Below the pieces are notes generated by a model. The model was not told where the DNA came from. It was given only the letters and a program-made list of their open reading frames with translations, and did no database searches. The position numbers and the translations under genes are program-made. DNA of 64,000 nucleotides from Octopus sinensis (Eukaryota), in contig NC_043014.1 in NCBI RefSeq assembly GCF_006345805.1, forward strand, positions 32,860,001-32,924,000, given 5' to 3'. Shown piece after piece: positions 40,660 to 55,743 of the stretch (positions are counted from its first letter, which is position 1; each line of letters opens with the position of its first letter).

Positions 40660-40905
40660 GTAAGAAACACCTTTGGAGCGTGGTCATTGCCAGAACCGCC
40701 TGACTGGCCCTCGGGCCGGTGGCATGTAAAAGCACCCACTACACTCTCAGAGTGGTTGGCGTTAACAAGGACATCCAGCCGTAGAGACTTTGCCAGATCA
40801 GATTGGAGCCTGGTGCAGCCTTATGGCTTGCCAATCCTCAGTCAAACTGTCCAGCATATACCAGCATGGAAAGTGGACATTAAACGACGGCGATAATGAT
40901 GATGA
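40660..40905 (+). mobile_element. RTE 3'-UTR-only insertion
   Basis: AAAGCACCCACTACACTC...GCATGGAAAGTGGACATTAAAC tail. Confidence 0.8.
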
Positions 40906-41319
40906 TATATATATATGTCTGTTTGTATAAACACACGTTTATATAAATATGGATATAATTATACATGCACACACATATGTATATACAAACATATATATCT
41001 ATATGTATGTATACATGAATGTACGTATTTATATATGTATATATTTATAAGCATATGTATACACGTGTGCATGAAAATTAGCTTCCATGCACACAGATGT
41101 GTGCATTTGTGTGTGTATACATAGAGTGTGTGTGCATGCTTGTGTGTGTGTGTGTGTGCATGCATGTGTGTGTGTGTTTGTGTTTGTGTGTGTGTGTGTG
41201 TGCGTGTGTGCATGTGTGTGTGTGTGTAAAGCAATCAATTGAACTCTGAATATGATTTGATAATCCAATTAGTGCTTTAATATCTTGATAGAATTCACTT
41301 AGATAAAAATGTGTGCATA

Positions 41320-43800
<2,481 letters not shown>

Positions 43801-44324
43801 GTATGTTTTTGTACGTATGTATGTATTCACTCAGGCACTCACCACCAGCACAATCATTGCGGCAATGCATATGGACAGACCAACACACCAGCATACCATC
43901 ACACCAACTCAGAAACACACCGACACACCACAAACATACAACCAACATACCGACGCACCATTCTAAATATCAGTTTCTTCAAGTAAGTAATTGATAACGG
44001 CAATTTGGTAAATTTATTGCAGAAATTCAATGGACAATAGATTCTCCACCCTCGACCCCCATCACTGATTACATACGGTGATACACACTCTATGCACGAC
44101 CCACCACCACCACCCCACCTTCACTCCACTCCACACTGATTACACACGGTGATATCAAAGTATAGTGCAACCTCTGAGTGATTCCGACAATATCAAAGGA
44201 GTACAGAATTAATATACAAGTTACTTTGCAAAGTAATTATAGCAAAATCTTCCTGGCTTTATGAACAATTAGCTTCAAGTGGAGAAATGGCTAAATAACA
44301 AACGATGATGGTGGTAGCATAATA

Positions 44325-44845
44325 ATGGTGGTGGTGGTGGTGGTGGTGGTGGTGGTGGTGGTGGTGGTAGTGGTGGTAGTGGTGGTATCAGTGGTAATGA
44401 CAGCAGTGCTGGTGGAGGTAGTGGTTGTGGTGGTTGTGGTGGTGGTGGTATTGGTGGTGGTGGTGGTGATTATGGTGGAGGAGGTTGTGGTGGTGGTGGT
44501 GGTAGTGGGGTGGTGGTGGTGGTGGTGGTGGTGGGGTGGTGGTGGTGGTGGTGCTAATGGTTGTATGGAAGTTATGGTGGTGCTGCTGGTGATGGTAGTA
44601 TGCTTTTGTTGGTGGTGATAGTAATGGTGATGGTGATGGTTGTATTGGTAGTGGTTGTATTGATGGTGGTGGCAGCATCGGTGGAGGCAACATCAGTGGT
44701 ATTGTGATCATTGTAGTGGTGATGGTGGCGGTGTTGGTACTGGTGCTGGTGGTGGTGATGGTGGTGGTAGTGGTGGTGGTGGTAGTGGTGGTGGTGGTGC
44801 TGGTGGTGGTGGTGGTGGTGGTGCTGGTGCTGGTGCTGGGGGTGA
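44325..44845. repeat. (GGT)n tract
   Basis: Directly visible. Confidence 0.95.
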
Positions 44846-45308
44846 TATATGTATATACATGTATGTGTATATACAAACTCATCATCATCATTTAACATCC
44901 ATGTTCCATACAGACATGGGTTGAATGGTTTCACTGGATCTTATAGGTCTATGACTACATCATACTCCTGTATTTACTCTGGCATGGTTTCCACACTTAG
45001 ATGCCATTCTTAAAGCCAACAATATGAACGTTCATATATATATATATATATATATATATGTCTTTGTTGTCATACACATTTGCTTGCTTTCTCCAAAAAA
45101 ATGTAATGCTCGTAGCTTAGATTTTTGGGACCAGCCAGATTAGAATAGTCTCAAGTATAACCGGCCGAAACTGTAAGGATTATCTGGATATTTGACCGAT
45201 GAGAGAACACTGTGAATGACCTGTCCTTGTTTTTTCCTGTCCGTCTTTGTATCGTCTATACGTCTGGATCTTTTATTGTCGTCTGTTGTGTTCTTGTTCT
45301 ATTTTTTG

Positions 45309-45356
<48 letters not shown>

Positions 45357-45371
45357 CATAAATAATATATA

Positions 45372-45431
<60 letters not shown>

Positions 45432-46097
45432 AATATATATGCATATATGGGTACAGGATGTCACCAACAGTAAACAGCTTGAAATACATAAATAAATGAG
45501 TTAAATATGCAAATAACGAGAGAAAAAATGGAAAACAGGACAAGTAATACAAAGAATACAAAGAACGACCCTTCATCAGTTGTCGGCTGTCTATCTATTC
45601 CCCCATTTCGAGCAATCAATGACAATATGAGTCTTTGAAGACAGTTGCTCCCATAAATACCAAAATAAAATTTTGGATTTATGGAGGGTCAAAGTTGGGA
45701 ACAAAAACAGGACAGTGGAGATATGCAAGGAAACCAAACAAAAACAAATATGGAGGGTCGTTAGACCTGAAGGAGGGGATAATAGTGAATGCTGAGAAAA
45801 ACATTTTCTTTGAAAAGAGAAAAGATAGAAGAGCAAGATAGGAGACATCCAGTACTTAGAGCATCCATGCAGGAAAAGAAAGATGGTCACATAAGGAAAA
45901 GAAAGATGGACGATGATCACGTGTGAGCAAAGAGAGAGAAAAAAAGAGAAAGTAGGGGAGAGAGACAGACAAAAAATGATGAAAGGGAGAAAAAGGGAAT
46001 TAGAGAGGATGGGGGAGAAAACAGTAGAGTCACATCAAAAAGGTTAAGATAAACTTACTTGGAAATGGATGCGGATATATATATATATATATATATA

Positions 46098-46250
46098 TAC
46101 AGCAGGCTTCTTTCAGTTTCCGTCTACCAAATCCACTCACAAGGCTTTGGTCAGCCTGAGGCTATAGTAGAAGACACTTGCCCAAGGTGCCACGCAGTGG
46201 GACTGGACCCAGACTCATGTGATTGGGAAGCAAGGCCTATATATATTTAC

Positions 46251-46290
<40 letters not shown>

Positions 46291-47770
46291 TGATTTCATT
46301 TTCTAACATGGATTTGTTTTAGCCATCCTTATAATTCATCATAAGTGCATATATGCATGTGTCTGCATGTGCATACATGCACACACACACATACACAAAG
46401 TGCAGACATGGTTGTGTGGTAGATGGAAACTGAAAGAAGCCTATCATATGCATATGTGTGAGTGTGTGTCTGTGTGTTTTTGTGTCTTTGTTCCCCATCA
46501 TCACTTGACAACCGGTGTTGGTGTGTTTACATTCCTGTAACTTAGCAGTTCGGCAAAGTGACCAATAGAATAAGTACTAGGCTTAAAAATAAGTCCTGGG
46601 GTCAAACCGCTTGACAAAAACACTTCGAAGCAGTGCACCAGCATGACCACAGTATCAAATGATTGAAACAAGTAAAAGAATATAAGAATACTTTCTCAGA
46701 TGCAGCATGGAATTTTGTCAGTGAACAGGTCGCGGTCTCAAAGCAATAAAAATATTTTGACAAATTAAATTTAAATGTTGAAGTGAATCTAACAGTTTTT
46801 GTGTGTTTCTTAAATGGCTTATAAACACCTTCCATGCTGAAATTGTTTTCGTCCCAGCACACGATCTCAGATCAGGTCACTTGCTATGCAAGTACATCTC
46901 CAAAATATATATATATAATATTTGGAGTATTACAGAGAAAATACATGATAAAACAAAGGAATAAAGAGAGAGCGTATGATAGACCAATGCTAATCTTCTT
47001 AATCCAGAGCATGTATGCATTTTCAAAATCTCAAAAAGTACTTGTGGAAATGGTTGCCTTTCATGCAAAAAGTTACCATCTTGTGTTGAGATAATTACTG
47101 GAATTGGTGTTGTAAAAGTGAAAGCTCTTCAGTTGCACAAACCTTTGTCATTTCATCAGCTTAGATGCACTTGATACACTATTTAAGATATTTGCTATAT
47201 CCAAATATAGAACTATATTGTAAAGATGGTGTAGCTATTTTCCTGAATGCAAGTGGGCACACACTAGAAACATTTAGGAGAGACCTCATTAGCATCTTTG
47301 AGAATTCCAACTAAAAAGGAACCGGGTGTGGCTGTATGGTAAGCAGCTTGCTTCCCAACCACATGGTTCTGGGTTCAGTTCCAGTTGTCTTCTACTAGTT
47401 GGTCAGTTGTCTTCTACTAGAGCCTCAGGCCAATAAGAACATAGTGAGTGGAATTGGTAGACAGAAGCTGAAAGAAGCCAGTTGTGTGTGTGTGTGCATG
47501 TGTGCAGGTGTGTGTGTGTGTGTGTTCGTGTGTGTGTGCGCATGCGCGTGTATGTGTGTTTGCATCTGTGTTTGTCCCCACCACCACATGACAACTGGTG
47601 TTCATGTGTTTATATTGCTGCAACCTAGTGGTTCAGCAAAAGAGATTGATAGAATAAATACCAGTCTTTAAAAAAAAAGTACTGGGGCCTATTCATTCGA
47701 CTTAAAATTCTTCAAGGCAGTACTCCAGCATGGCCACAGTCTAATGACTGAAACAAATAAAAAAATAAAT
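46098..47770. mobile_element. SINE family A pieces: head 46098-46237 (-), body 46418-46680 (+), near-full copy 47322-47770 (+)
   Basis: Family A motifs. Confidence 0.75.
46960..47314 (+). pseudogene. Probable Penelope-like element reverse transcriptase relic
   Basis: 47201-47311 reads PNIELYCKDGVAIFLNASGHTLETFRRDLISIFENS, resembling the PLE RT segment I recall as NIGLYRDDGLA.F.N.SG..LE...K.I..IF; weaker similarity upstream; contains stops. Confidence 0.5.
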
Positions 47771-48159
47771 GATACAAAATAAAGATAAAAGTTACTGCTA
47801 AACTAAACATTGTTGTGAATTTGCATCAGTGGTATGATGAAAAATTTTGACACCAAATAATAAATGTTTAAATGAATTTAAGTCTTTGTAAGCTTTTGAA
47901 TGGCTAGTATGTATTTTCCATGCTGTAGCTGTTTTTGTTTCAACACATAATCTCAGATGAAGCCACTTGCCTGAAAAATGCACTTCCAAATCAAATATTG
48001 TAAATTTCTTTATAGCACTTTAGATTTAAGCTCAGATAAATACATATCTAAGAAGCAATGAGAAAGAGAAATAGAATAGAACAGATCAGGACATAAAAAC
48101 AAGGATTAGGGAAACTATGACTGCCTTCATGATGCTCAGATCCATCTGAAAATCACAAA

Positions 48160-48590
48160 TCTTGTCAACAAACACAAAATTCAGGATCTTTAAAGCAAAG
48201 ATGCAAACGGTTCTGTTGTGTGCTTGTGAAACATAGTGAGTTGCAAAGTTCTCCATCAACAAGTTCCAACCATTTGTGTATAGATGTCTTCAGAACAGCC
48301 TTTTTGATGAGATGGTAAAACAGATTCACAAACAAAACCTTTCTAGAACTGGCAAAACAGTAGCCTACCAAAATGAAAATCCGGTGATAAGAAAGTGGGC
48401 TTGGTTGGGACACAACCTTCAGAAACCTGTCTCCTACATTACATGGTAAGCTGTTCAATAGACACTCAAAAAAAAAAAAAAAAAAAAACGAAGGGTGGCA
48501 GATCAAAAATAACATGGAGAAGGTTCAGAAAAACTAAAGTAATAGCAGGCAGCTACATCTGGGAACAGTTGAAATCTATTAGCAAAGATT
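48160..48590 (+). mobile_element. Decayed RTE-type LINE C-terminal fragment
   Basis: TKFRIFKAKMQTVLLCACET, FQPFVYRCL, WAWLGHNLQKP and GGRSKITWRR. Confidence 0.75.
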
Positions 48591-48761
48591 GAGGAGGAGG
48601 GGGGGAGGAGGAGGAGGAAGAGAACGACGACGAGCCATATCGTAATCGTAATGAAAGCTTATTATGCATCAATACCATCCATTTGTAAATTTTAAAAACT
48701 GAGCTTGTAACATCAGCAGAAAGATTTCTATGCTCTCATCTAATAAATTCCTATAATTTGT

Positions 48762-48795
<34 letters not shown>

Positions 48796-48884
48796 TACAC
48801 ACACACACACACTCACACACATACACAAACACACTGACGCATACCCATACAGAAGAATAGATAGATGAATGTAGGAATAGACAG

Positions 48885-49200
48885 AGGATGGATGGATGGA
48901 TGGATGGATGGATGGATGGATGGATGGACTGATTGATGGATGGATGGATGGATTGATGGATGGATGGATAGATGGATGGATGGACTGATTGATGGATGGA
49001 TGGATGGACTGATTGATGGATGGATGGATTGATGGATGGATGGATAGATGGATGGATGGACTGATTGATGGATGGATGGATGGATGGATGGATGGATAGA
49101 TGGATGAATGGATGGATGGAAGGATGGATGGATGAGTAGGTGGATGGATGGATGGGTAGATGAATGGATTGATGGATGGATGGATGGTTGGCTGGCTGGA
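48885..49200. repeat. (GGAT)n microsatellite
   Basis: Directly visible. Confidence 0.95.
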
Positions 49201-49365
49201 TAGAATGAATTGCTTCAGTGTCCAAGTTGAAGATGTATTATGAAATTTTTTGACTTTCATAATATACAGATTGTTGTTCCTTCAGCATTACAGTTTTGTT
49301 TTTGTATATCTTTAATATTATCTCTGCAATTTCGTTCTGATTATCTTCATGTGTGTGTGTGTATA

Positions 49366-49581
49366 CAAGAGGGTGGTGAACAGTTCCTGGCTCTGAGCAA
49401 AAAAAAAATACAGGAGGCTCAGTTAATTATCATTTTATTCAAGATATTCTCCTCTGAGATTCATACACTTATTGCAGCAGTTCTTCAGTTTTCTAAGCCC
49501 TGAAAAAGAACTCTGAAGGCTGGGCCTTCAGCCAGGCCTTTCATGAAACCCTTAAAGCCAGGAACTTTTCAGCACCCCTCC
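49366..49581. mobile_element. Mariner-type MITE with TA flanks
   Basis: Left end GAGGGTGGTGAACAGTTCCTGGCT pairs with right end AGCCAGGAACTTTTCAGCACCCCTC; TA on both sides. Confidence 0.8.
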
Positions 49582-49590
49582 TATATGTAG

Positions 49591-49628
<38 letters not shown>

Positions 49629-49699
49629 ATATATATATAATATATATATATATAATATATATAATATATACATATATATATATATGTATATATATATAT

Positions 49700-49777
<78 letters not shown>

Positions 49778-49794
49778 GATATATATATATATAT

Positions 49795-49842
<48 letters not shown>

Positions 49843-49870
49843 ATATGTATATTATATATGTATATATATA

Positions 49871-49909
<39 letters not shown>

Positions 49910-49912
<3 letters not shown>

Positions 49913-50125
49913 AAAATGTGACCTTGTGTGTACCGTTGGCGATTTTTTTTCCTCTGTCTTCTCTTCTCTGGATCTTTCCTTTTCCTATGTTTCCGATGAA
50001 GAGCTCCACTCGAAACGTTAAACCCTCCTTCTTTCCTTCTTTCCTGAGCGTCCAATAATACTATATTTGTTCCACGTCCTTGCGTTGTTGTGTTTTTTTG
50101 TGCTTTCTTGTTTGGATTAACTTTA
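49910..50125 (+). mobile_element. ~215-bp (TA)n-embedded element (Penelope pLTR-like)
   Basis: Unique sequence between two TA arrays, containing a hammerhead-like motif. Confidence 0.7.
49989..50023 (+). ncRNA. Minimal type I hammerhead-like motif (U4C variant)
   Basis: guuu CCGAUGA a gag cucca cuc GAA ACGU U aaac: stem I 4 bp, stem II 3 bp, palindromic ACGU stem III. Confidence 0.65.
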
Positions 50126-50148
50126 TACATATATATATATATATACAT

Positions 50149-50330
50149 ACTAGCAGAATAGCCTGTCATTCCCAGGCAATTTTTACATAGAATTTTTACA
50201 TAGAATGTCTTACATAAAGTTTTGTTTATTCCATGTCAGGGTATGCCTTCCCTGGCAGATTGGTCTCCTGATCAGGACCCATTTGTGTGATTTTTCGCAA
50301 AAAAATTTTGTCGAGGAAGTATTCCCTTTT
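50149..50330 (-). mobile_element. Helitron/DINE-like 3' end relic
   Basis: A|CTAG followed by CAGAATAGCC..CCCAGG, the reverse of a hairpin+CTAG terminus; a related 5' end lies at ~51300-51340. Confidence 0.4.
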
Positions 50331-51351
50331 TAAATTATTTACATGTCTGTTTCACATGACTTTATTCATTGAAACTTATTAAAGCTTCAGAAGTTCTTAC
50401 AACTTGGATCGCCGTATGCTTTGCTTTCGTTTGTTTAATAAAAATTCCTCCACCTAATGATTTTGCTTTCATTTTGTGATAGACAGCTATCATTCAGAAA
50501 ATGCCAGCTTCTAAATCCTGTTTTCTGATTAGGTAAAATTTATTAAACTTTAAACCTCAGTAAGATTTTTCTGCAACAAATAAATAACAAAATCAGATTT
50601 AATGTGGAACATTATTTCAATATACCAAATTTGAAAATTTTGACATAATTTTAAAATCTCACAATATGTGACAGCAACAGGGAAGACCCTACAAAAGTAA
50701 ATAGACAGACAGTTATAGGATGTGACACTCACACACACAGACACATTTACAAACATACACACAGGTAATCACGAATTGAAAATGGTGTATAATAAATATA
50801 TGTATGTATGTATGTATGTATATATGTATGTATGTATCTATCTATGTATGTATGTATGTATGTATGTATGCATGTATATGTATGTATGTGTACAGAAAAG
50901 CCACTTACCCCTCTCTCCTTAAAGCTACATATTCCTCACACCCACCTTTCTCTCCCTTCATTGGCATTTTAAAAGTTGTGTGTGTGTATTTACAAAAGTA
51001 TGTATGCAGCATCACATGTATATGACAGCTGTATTAGCATTAACATCTCATTGCCACTCCATATTTGTCACTTACTGAATTCTGTACTCTCCTTCCCTGA
51101 CATCAATTACAGTCACTCTGCTACTACAGTTCCCTCAGACTAATACTTTTTCACCCTTCTCATTTTATCATATAATTCGCCCAACTCCACTAGGGTGCAT
51201 ATTATAGATTTTTATTGAAATCCAATTAGCCTATTATTAAATTGAATGTCAGTGTAACATATATGCAAAGTTTGGCAAATATTGGATTGCTGGTTTAGGC
51301 AGTAAAATGGTAACAGACAGAAAATGCCATTTATATAGAAGGTATTTATAG

Positions 51352-51802
51352 GCACAGGCATGGTTGTGAATAGGTGCACCAATGTTTGTGTGATTAGAAG
51401 CTTGCTTCCCAACCACGTGGTTCTAGGTTCAGTCTCATTGCACAGCACCTTGGACAAGTATATTCTACTATTGTCTTGGACCGGTCTAAGTCTTGTGAGT
51501 GGATTTGGTAGACGGAAACTGAAAGAAGCCTATCGTATGTATATTATAGATATATATATATATGTATATATATATCTGTGTATGTGTCTTTGTGTTTGTC
51601 TCCCCACCACTTCTTGACCACCGGTGTTGATGTGTTTGTATCCCCATAACTTAGTGGTTCAACAAAAGAGACCGGTAGAATTAGTACCAGGCTTAGTCAA
51701 AATATAAGTACTGGGGTTGATTCGACTAAAAACAAAATTCAAGTCAGTGCTCCAGCATGGCCACAATCTAATGATTGAAACGCTTAAAAGATAAAAGATA
51801 AA
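51352..51802 (+). mobile_element. SINE family A
   Basis: Head, central microsatellite and tail all colinear. Confidence 0.8.
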
Positions 51803-51824
51803 AGATATATGTATATGTATATGC

Positions 51825-51873
<49 letters not shown>

Positions 51874-52413
51874 TATATACACACACACACACACACATAC
51901 ATACACACACACAGAGATATATATAGACATATAATGTGTGTGTGTACCTGTGTGTTTGTGTGTAGGTGTTGTTTTATATTCTTTAGAGAAACACCACATC
52001 CTCAGCAGAAGATGACAGAATACTCATTGTCCTAAAAATACATTATAAAGAATCAATACCAAAACATTTAATTGTTGCTTTCAATCACCAAAACTTACTT
52101 ATTTAAGTAGAATACACAACATATTATCTTTTTGATTCCTTCTTTTATCATTATTATTATTTTTAATTCCCCTATAACAAAGGATGCCTACTTGGAGCTC
52201 CTGAAAAATATTTTGGCATTAGACACGGAAAGGAAAATGTTCTAAAGCATTATTCTACAGTTTAAGAAAGCTCCTTTACCCAACATTTACAAAGTTTGAT
52301 AATTCCCTAATGCACAATTTTCAGGACATTTGTAAAGCGGAGCTGGACTAATACAAAAAACTCTGATGTGATTCCCTTGGGTTTCTTCTTCTAAGACTAT
52401 ATCAATGATCGTG

Positions 52414-52980
52414 GAGGCATGTAGCTTAATGGTTAGGGTGTTGAACTCATGATTGTAAGGTTGTGGTTTTGATTCCTGGACCGGGTGATGCGTTGTGTTC
52501 TTGAGTAAAACACTTCTTTTCACGTTGCTCCAGTCCATTCAGCTAGCAAAAATGAGTAATCCTGTGATGGACTGGTGTCCCCTCTAGGTGGGGAATTTCT
52601 ACGCCACTGAAACCGGGAAGCCGGCCCTTATGAGCCTGGCATGGCTCGAGAAGGAACATTTAATTTTGTGGAGGTACATAGCCTAGTGGTTAGAGCAGTG
52701 GACTTGTGGTCGAGGGATCGCAGGTTCGAATCTCAGACCGGGCGATGTGTGTGTTTATGAGACAAACACCTAAGCTTCACACAGCTCCAGCAGAAGGTAA
52801 TGGCGAACTTCTGCTGACTCTTTCGCCACAACTTTCTCTCACTCTTTCCTCCTGCATCTCTTGCAGCTCACCTGCGATGGACCGGCGTCCCATCCAGGTG
52901 GGGAACCTATATGCCAAGGAAACTGGGAAACCGGTCCTAATGAGCCAGGGATGGCTCAAGAAGGAACAAACAAACAAACA
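52414..52980 (+). mobile_element. Two tandem SINE family C copies (52414-52658, 52670-52980)
   Basis: A/B boxes (TAGCCTAGTGG, GGTTCGAATCTC); shared tail GGGAAACCGGCCCTTATGAGCC...GAAGGAAC. Confidence 0.85.
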
Positions 52981-53016
52981 ACATATCCAATGATCAGGTC
53001 TACAGAACAGCAATTG

Positions 53017-53350
53017 CAAGGTGCATTCCAGAAGTTTTGAGATCTTTTTAAGGGAAAAGCAGCTATGTCTGCCCTAGATTATTATAATGTTAGTATATCA
53101 TTATTATACATCTAATAAGCTGACCTGCCAACTTTTGTTATTCCAGATTGAAGAAGACGACTGTAACAGCACTTAGAACACACTCTACTAAACACTTCTT
53201 GTCACAGCTGACTAGTTTGCAGAATGCAACTAGGATGTATGGAAGCTTGCTATACAATAAAGTTTTGTGTTAAACTGAGCAAAATACTACAGAAATGTAT
53301 GAAATGCTGTACATTGTTTATAAATTGACTTTTTTGCCAGCTCAAGAAGT
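53017..53350 (+). mobile_element. Mariner 5' fragment
   Basis: YTIKFCVKLSK resembles the mariner N-terminal AIKFCVKLGK. Confidence 0.6.
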
Positions 53351-53449
53351 TTGAGAATGGTAGAGAGGAAATGAGAGAGATGATAGGTATGGTAGTTAGG
53401 GAGGCATTAGGACATGGGATTGGTGTGGCAACTATATACAGAATTATTA

Positions 53450-53810
53450 ATCTCTATATATAAAACTGAAGTTGTCTGTGTATGGCAGGTTTGGTAGCCT
53501 TCAACTAACGCTATCTCCTCCGAGACCCTGCGGCACAAGTTGACCAAAATTGAAAGTATGATAGAAGAAGGCTTGCTCTTCCTTCCGTGGAGGAAAAAAT
53601 TCAAATTGGATCATGTTAACACCAAAAATTATTTACATCAAAAAGGTGCTTTTTTTCTATGAAAATCCCTATTTTTTACAATTTTTTTACTGCTCTGTTG
53701 CCATTTTTTGGTATATTTCAACCAGAAAAATGTCAGAGAATCTTACTTTGAAGAAGATTACAGTTTTGTATTTCTTTGAAATTAATAAATGTCTCATCTG
53801 CAAAAGTCTG
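53450..53810 (+). mobile_element. Helitron/DINE-like non-autonomous element 5' part
   Basis: ATCTCTATATATAAAA start followed by GTTGTCTGTGT; typical DINE/HINE-like start from recall. Confidence 0.5.
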
Positions 53811-53853
53811 TAAACTTCTGAAATGCACCTATACATGTATTGAGTATATAAAG

Positions 53854-54334
53854 TAGGGGGTTGTCAAAATGGTCAGTACCGACTCATGGGTGGGTCTACA
53901 TGGCTATTGAAGGGGTCAATAAGCACCTGAAATGATTTTGAGTGTTAAGGGTGCTGAATTATTAGCAAATTGAATCTGGAAGAACATGTTGATTCAAGGT
54001 TAAAAATCTTTAATTTCAAGCCAAATATTGATGCAAACACTCTTCATCAAACACATATTTTACATTAAATATTCCAACTATATCAACAAAACATGACTGA
54101 ATTATTATTGTTTTTATCAATTTCATTAAGTACCTTCATTAAATTTCTTTAAATATTTCTTGCTAAAACATGCTACTGACATGAATAAATGAAGGAATTA
54201 TTGTTCTGCAGTGAAGAAATTTTTTTATTAATTATACTTTTCATTTCTATTTTGGACATTTACATGTTGGAGGTCAATAAATTATCAACAATTCTGTAAG
54301 AGGGTCAATGATACAAGGTGTTTGTCAACCCCTG
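53854..54334. mobile_element. hAT-type MITE
   Basis: TAGGGGGTTGTCAAA ... TTTGTCAACCCCTG termini; 8-bp flanks ATATAAAG and ATTTAAAA match at 6 of 8 positions. Confidence 0.6.
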
Positions 54335-55371
54335 ATTTAAAACAAGAAAATTGGAGAAGTGATAAAAATTCGAACTACAATGATCTCGATGGATTCAACA
54401 ATACATTGATCATGATAGTGGACATTCCAAACTCCATATTGAATAAAATAGCATTAACTGTTCATTAAACAAAATATACAGCCTTCTGTGTACATTGGTT
54501 CATTGCTGGATTTGGCAGCATTAGAATGCTAAAGGGACTTTTGAATCAACCTGTATAACACTCTTAAAGTGAATATAATGATATATGTGTTTTCAATGGC
54601 TATCATCATCCCATCATGGTGTAATTGTTTCAGTTTCAACGCATAATCTCAGATTAAGTCACTTACCAAATAAGTGCAACACTTAAATTAGTGTATGTGC
54701 ATGCATGTGTGTGTGTGTACATGTATGCATTTGCATGTGTGTGAGTATGTCATTTGAGGCGTATGCATGAATATATGTAAATACACATACACATGCATAT
54801 ATACACACACATGGATTTTATTGTGTCTTCTCAGTAGGACTTTTAATTAAAAATTTCAAACTGCAGATACAGCATGACAATTCTTTCTCCTTATATATCA
54901 CTCTAAGATATCTCAAGTTTCACCCTATTATTTACCATTATTTATATTGGGCTTCATACTGTCTCTCTCAGCTGATATATTTAAACTTCTCTCTAAGCAG
55001 CATTTAGTTGATGATTCTTGTTCTGTTGTCTTGAAAGTCAATCTCATGAGATTTGCAATTCTTTTAATAGATATAAGAACTCTAATTTATTTGCCTTGTG
55101 TAGCAATACAAAAGATCTCTCTTTGTATTCCAAAATGGAAATATACACAAAAGGAAATTGTGAATTAACTTGCTAAGATGCTTAATGTAGATGATATTAG
55201 ATGTTATAGGCACTGACTTGAGACAACAATGAGAAACAAAGTCAGTTGTTGGCAAGAAATGGATATATAATCAGTCATGTCAGTGGATTTGTATCTAATC
55301 TCCCTCTTATCATTTTGATGCTTATAATATTTTATATTATAGGCACAGGTAACATTCTGAGATGGTGGAAT

Positions 55372-55730
55372 CATTGGCATGCTGAGTGAATGTTTAGTGG
55401 CATTTTGTTTGTCTTCATGTTCTGAGTTCAAATTCTGCCAAGGTCAACTTTGCCTTTCATCTTTTCAGGATCGATAAAATAAGTACCAGTTGAGGTCTAG
55501 GGTCAATGTAATTGACTTACCCCCCCCCTCGAAAATGCTGTCCTCGTGCCAAAATTTGAAACTGTTATTATAGGCACAGGTGTGGTTACGTGATAAGAAG
55601 TTTCCAACCATATGGACTGAGGCTCAGGCCGACTGCATGGCACCTTGGGTAAGTGTCTTCTATTATAACATGGGCAAAGCAAAACCTTGAAAATGGACTT
55701 GGTCAACAGAAACTGAGAGAAGCCCATTCT
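55372..55730 (+). mobile_element. SINE family B (55372-55560) and SINE family A head (55572-55730)
   Basis: Family motifs. Confidence 0.7.
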
Positions 55731-55743
55731 ATATATATATAAA

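Noticed and set aside
44063-44155. 20-bp direct repeat CACTGATTACAYACGGTGATA about 70 bp apart
   Set aside because: Only two copies, with no TSD/TIR context or other support; likely a local duplication.
45135-45202. Type I or type II hammerhead fold using CCGAAAC and CCGATGA/CAGATTA
   Set aside because: Neither arrangement gives a paired stem I and stem II; kept only as a low-confidence family lead.
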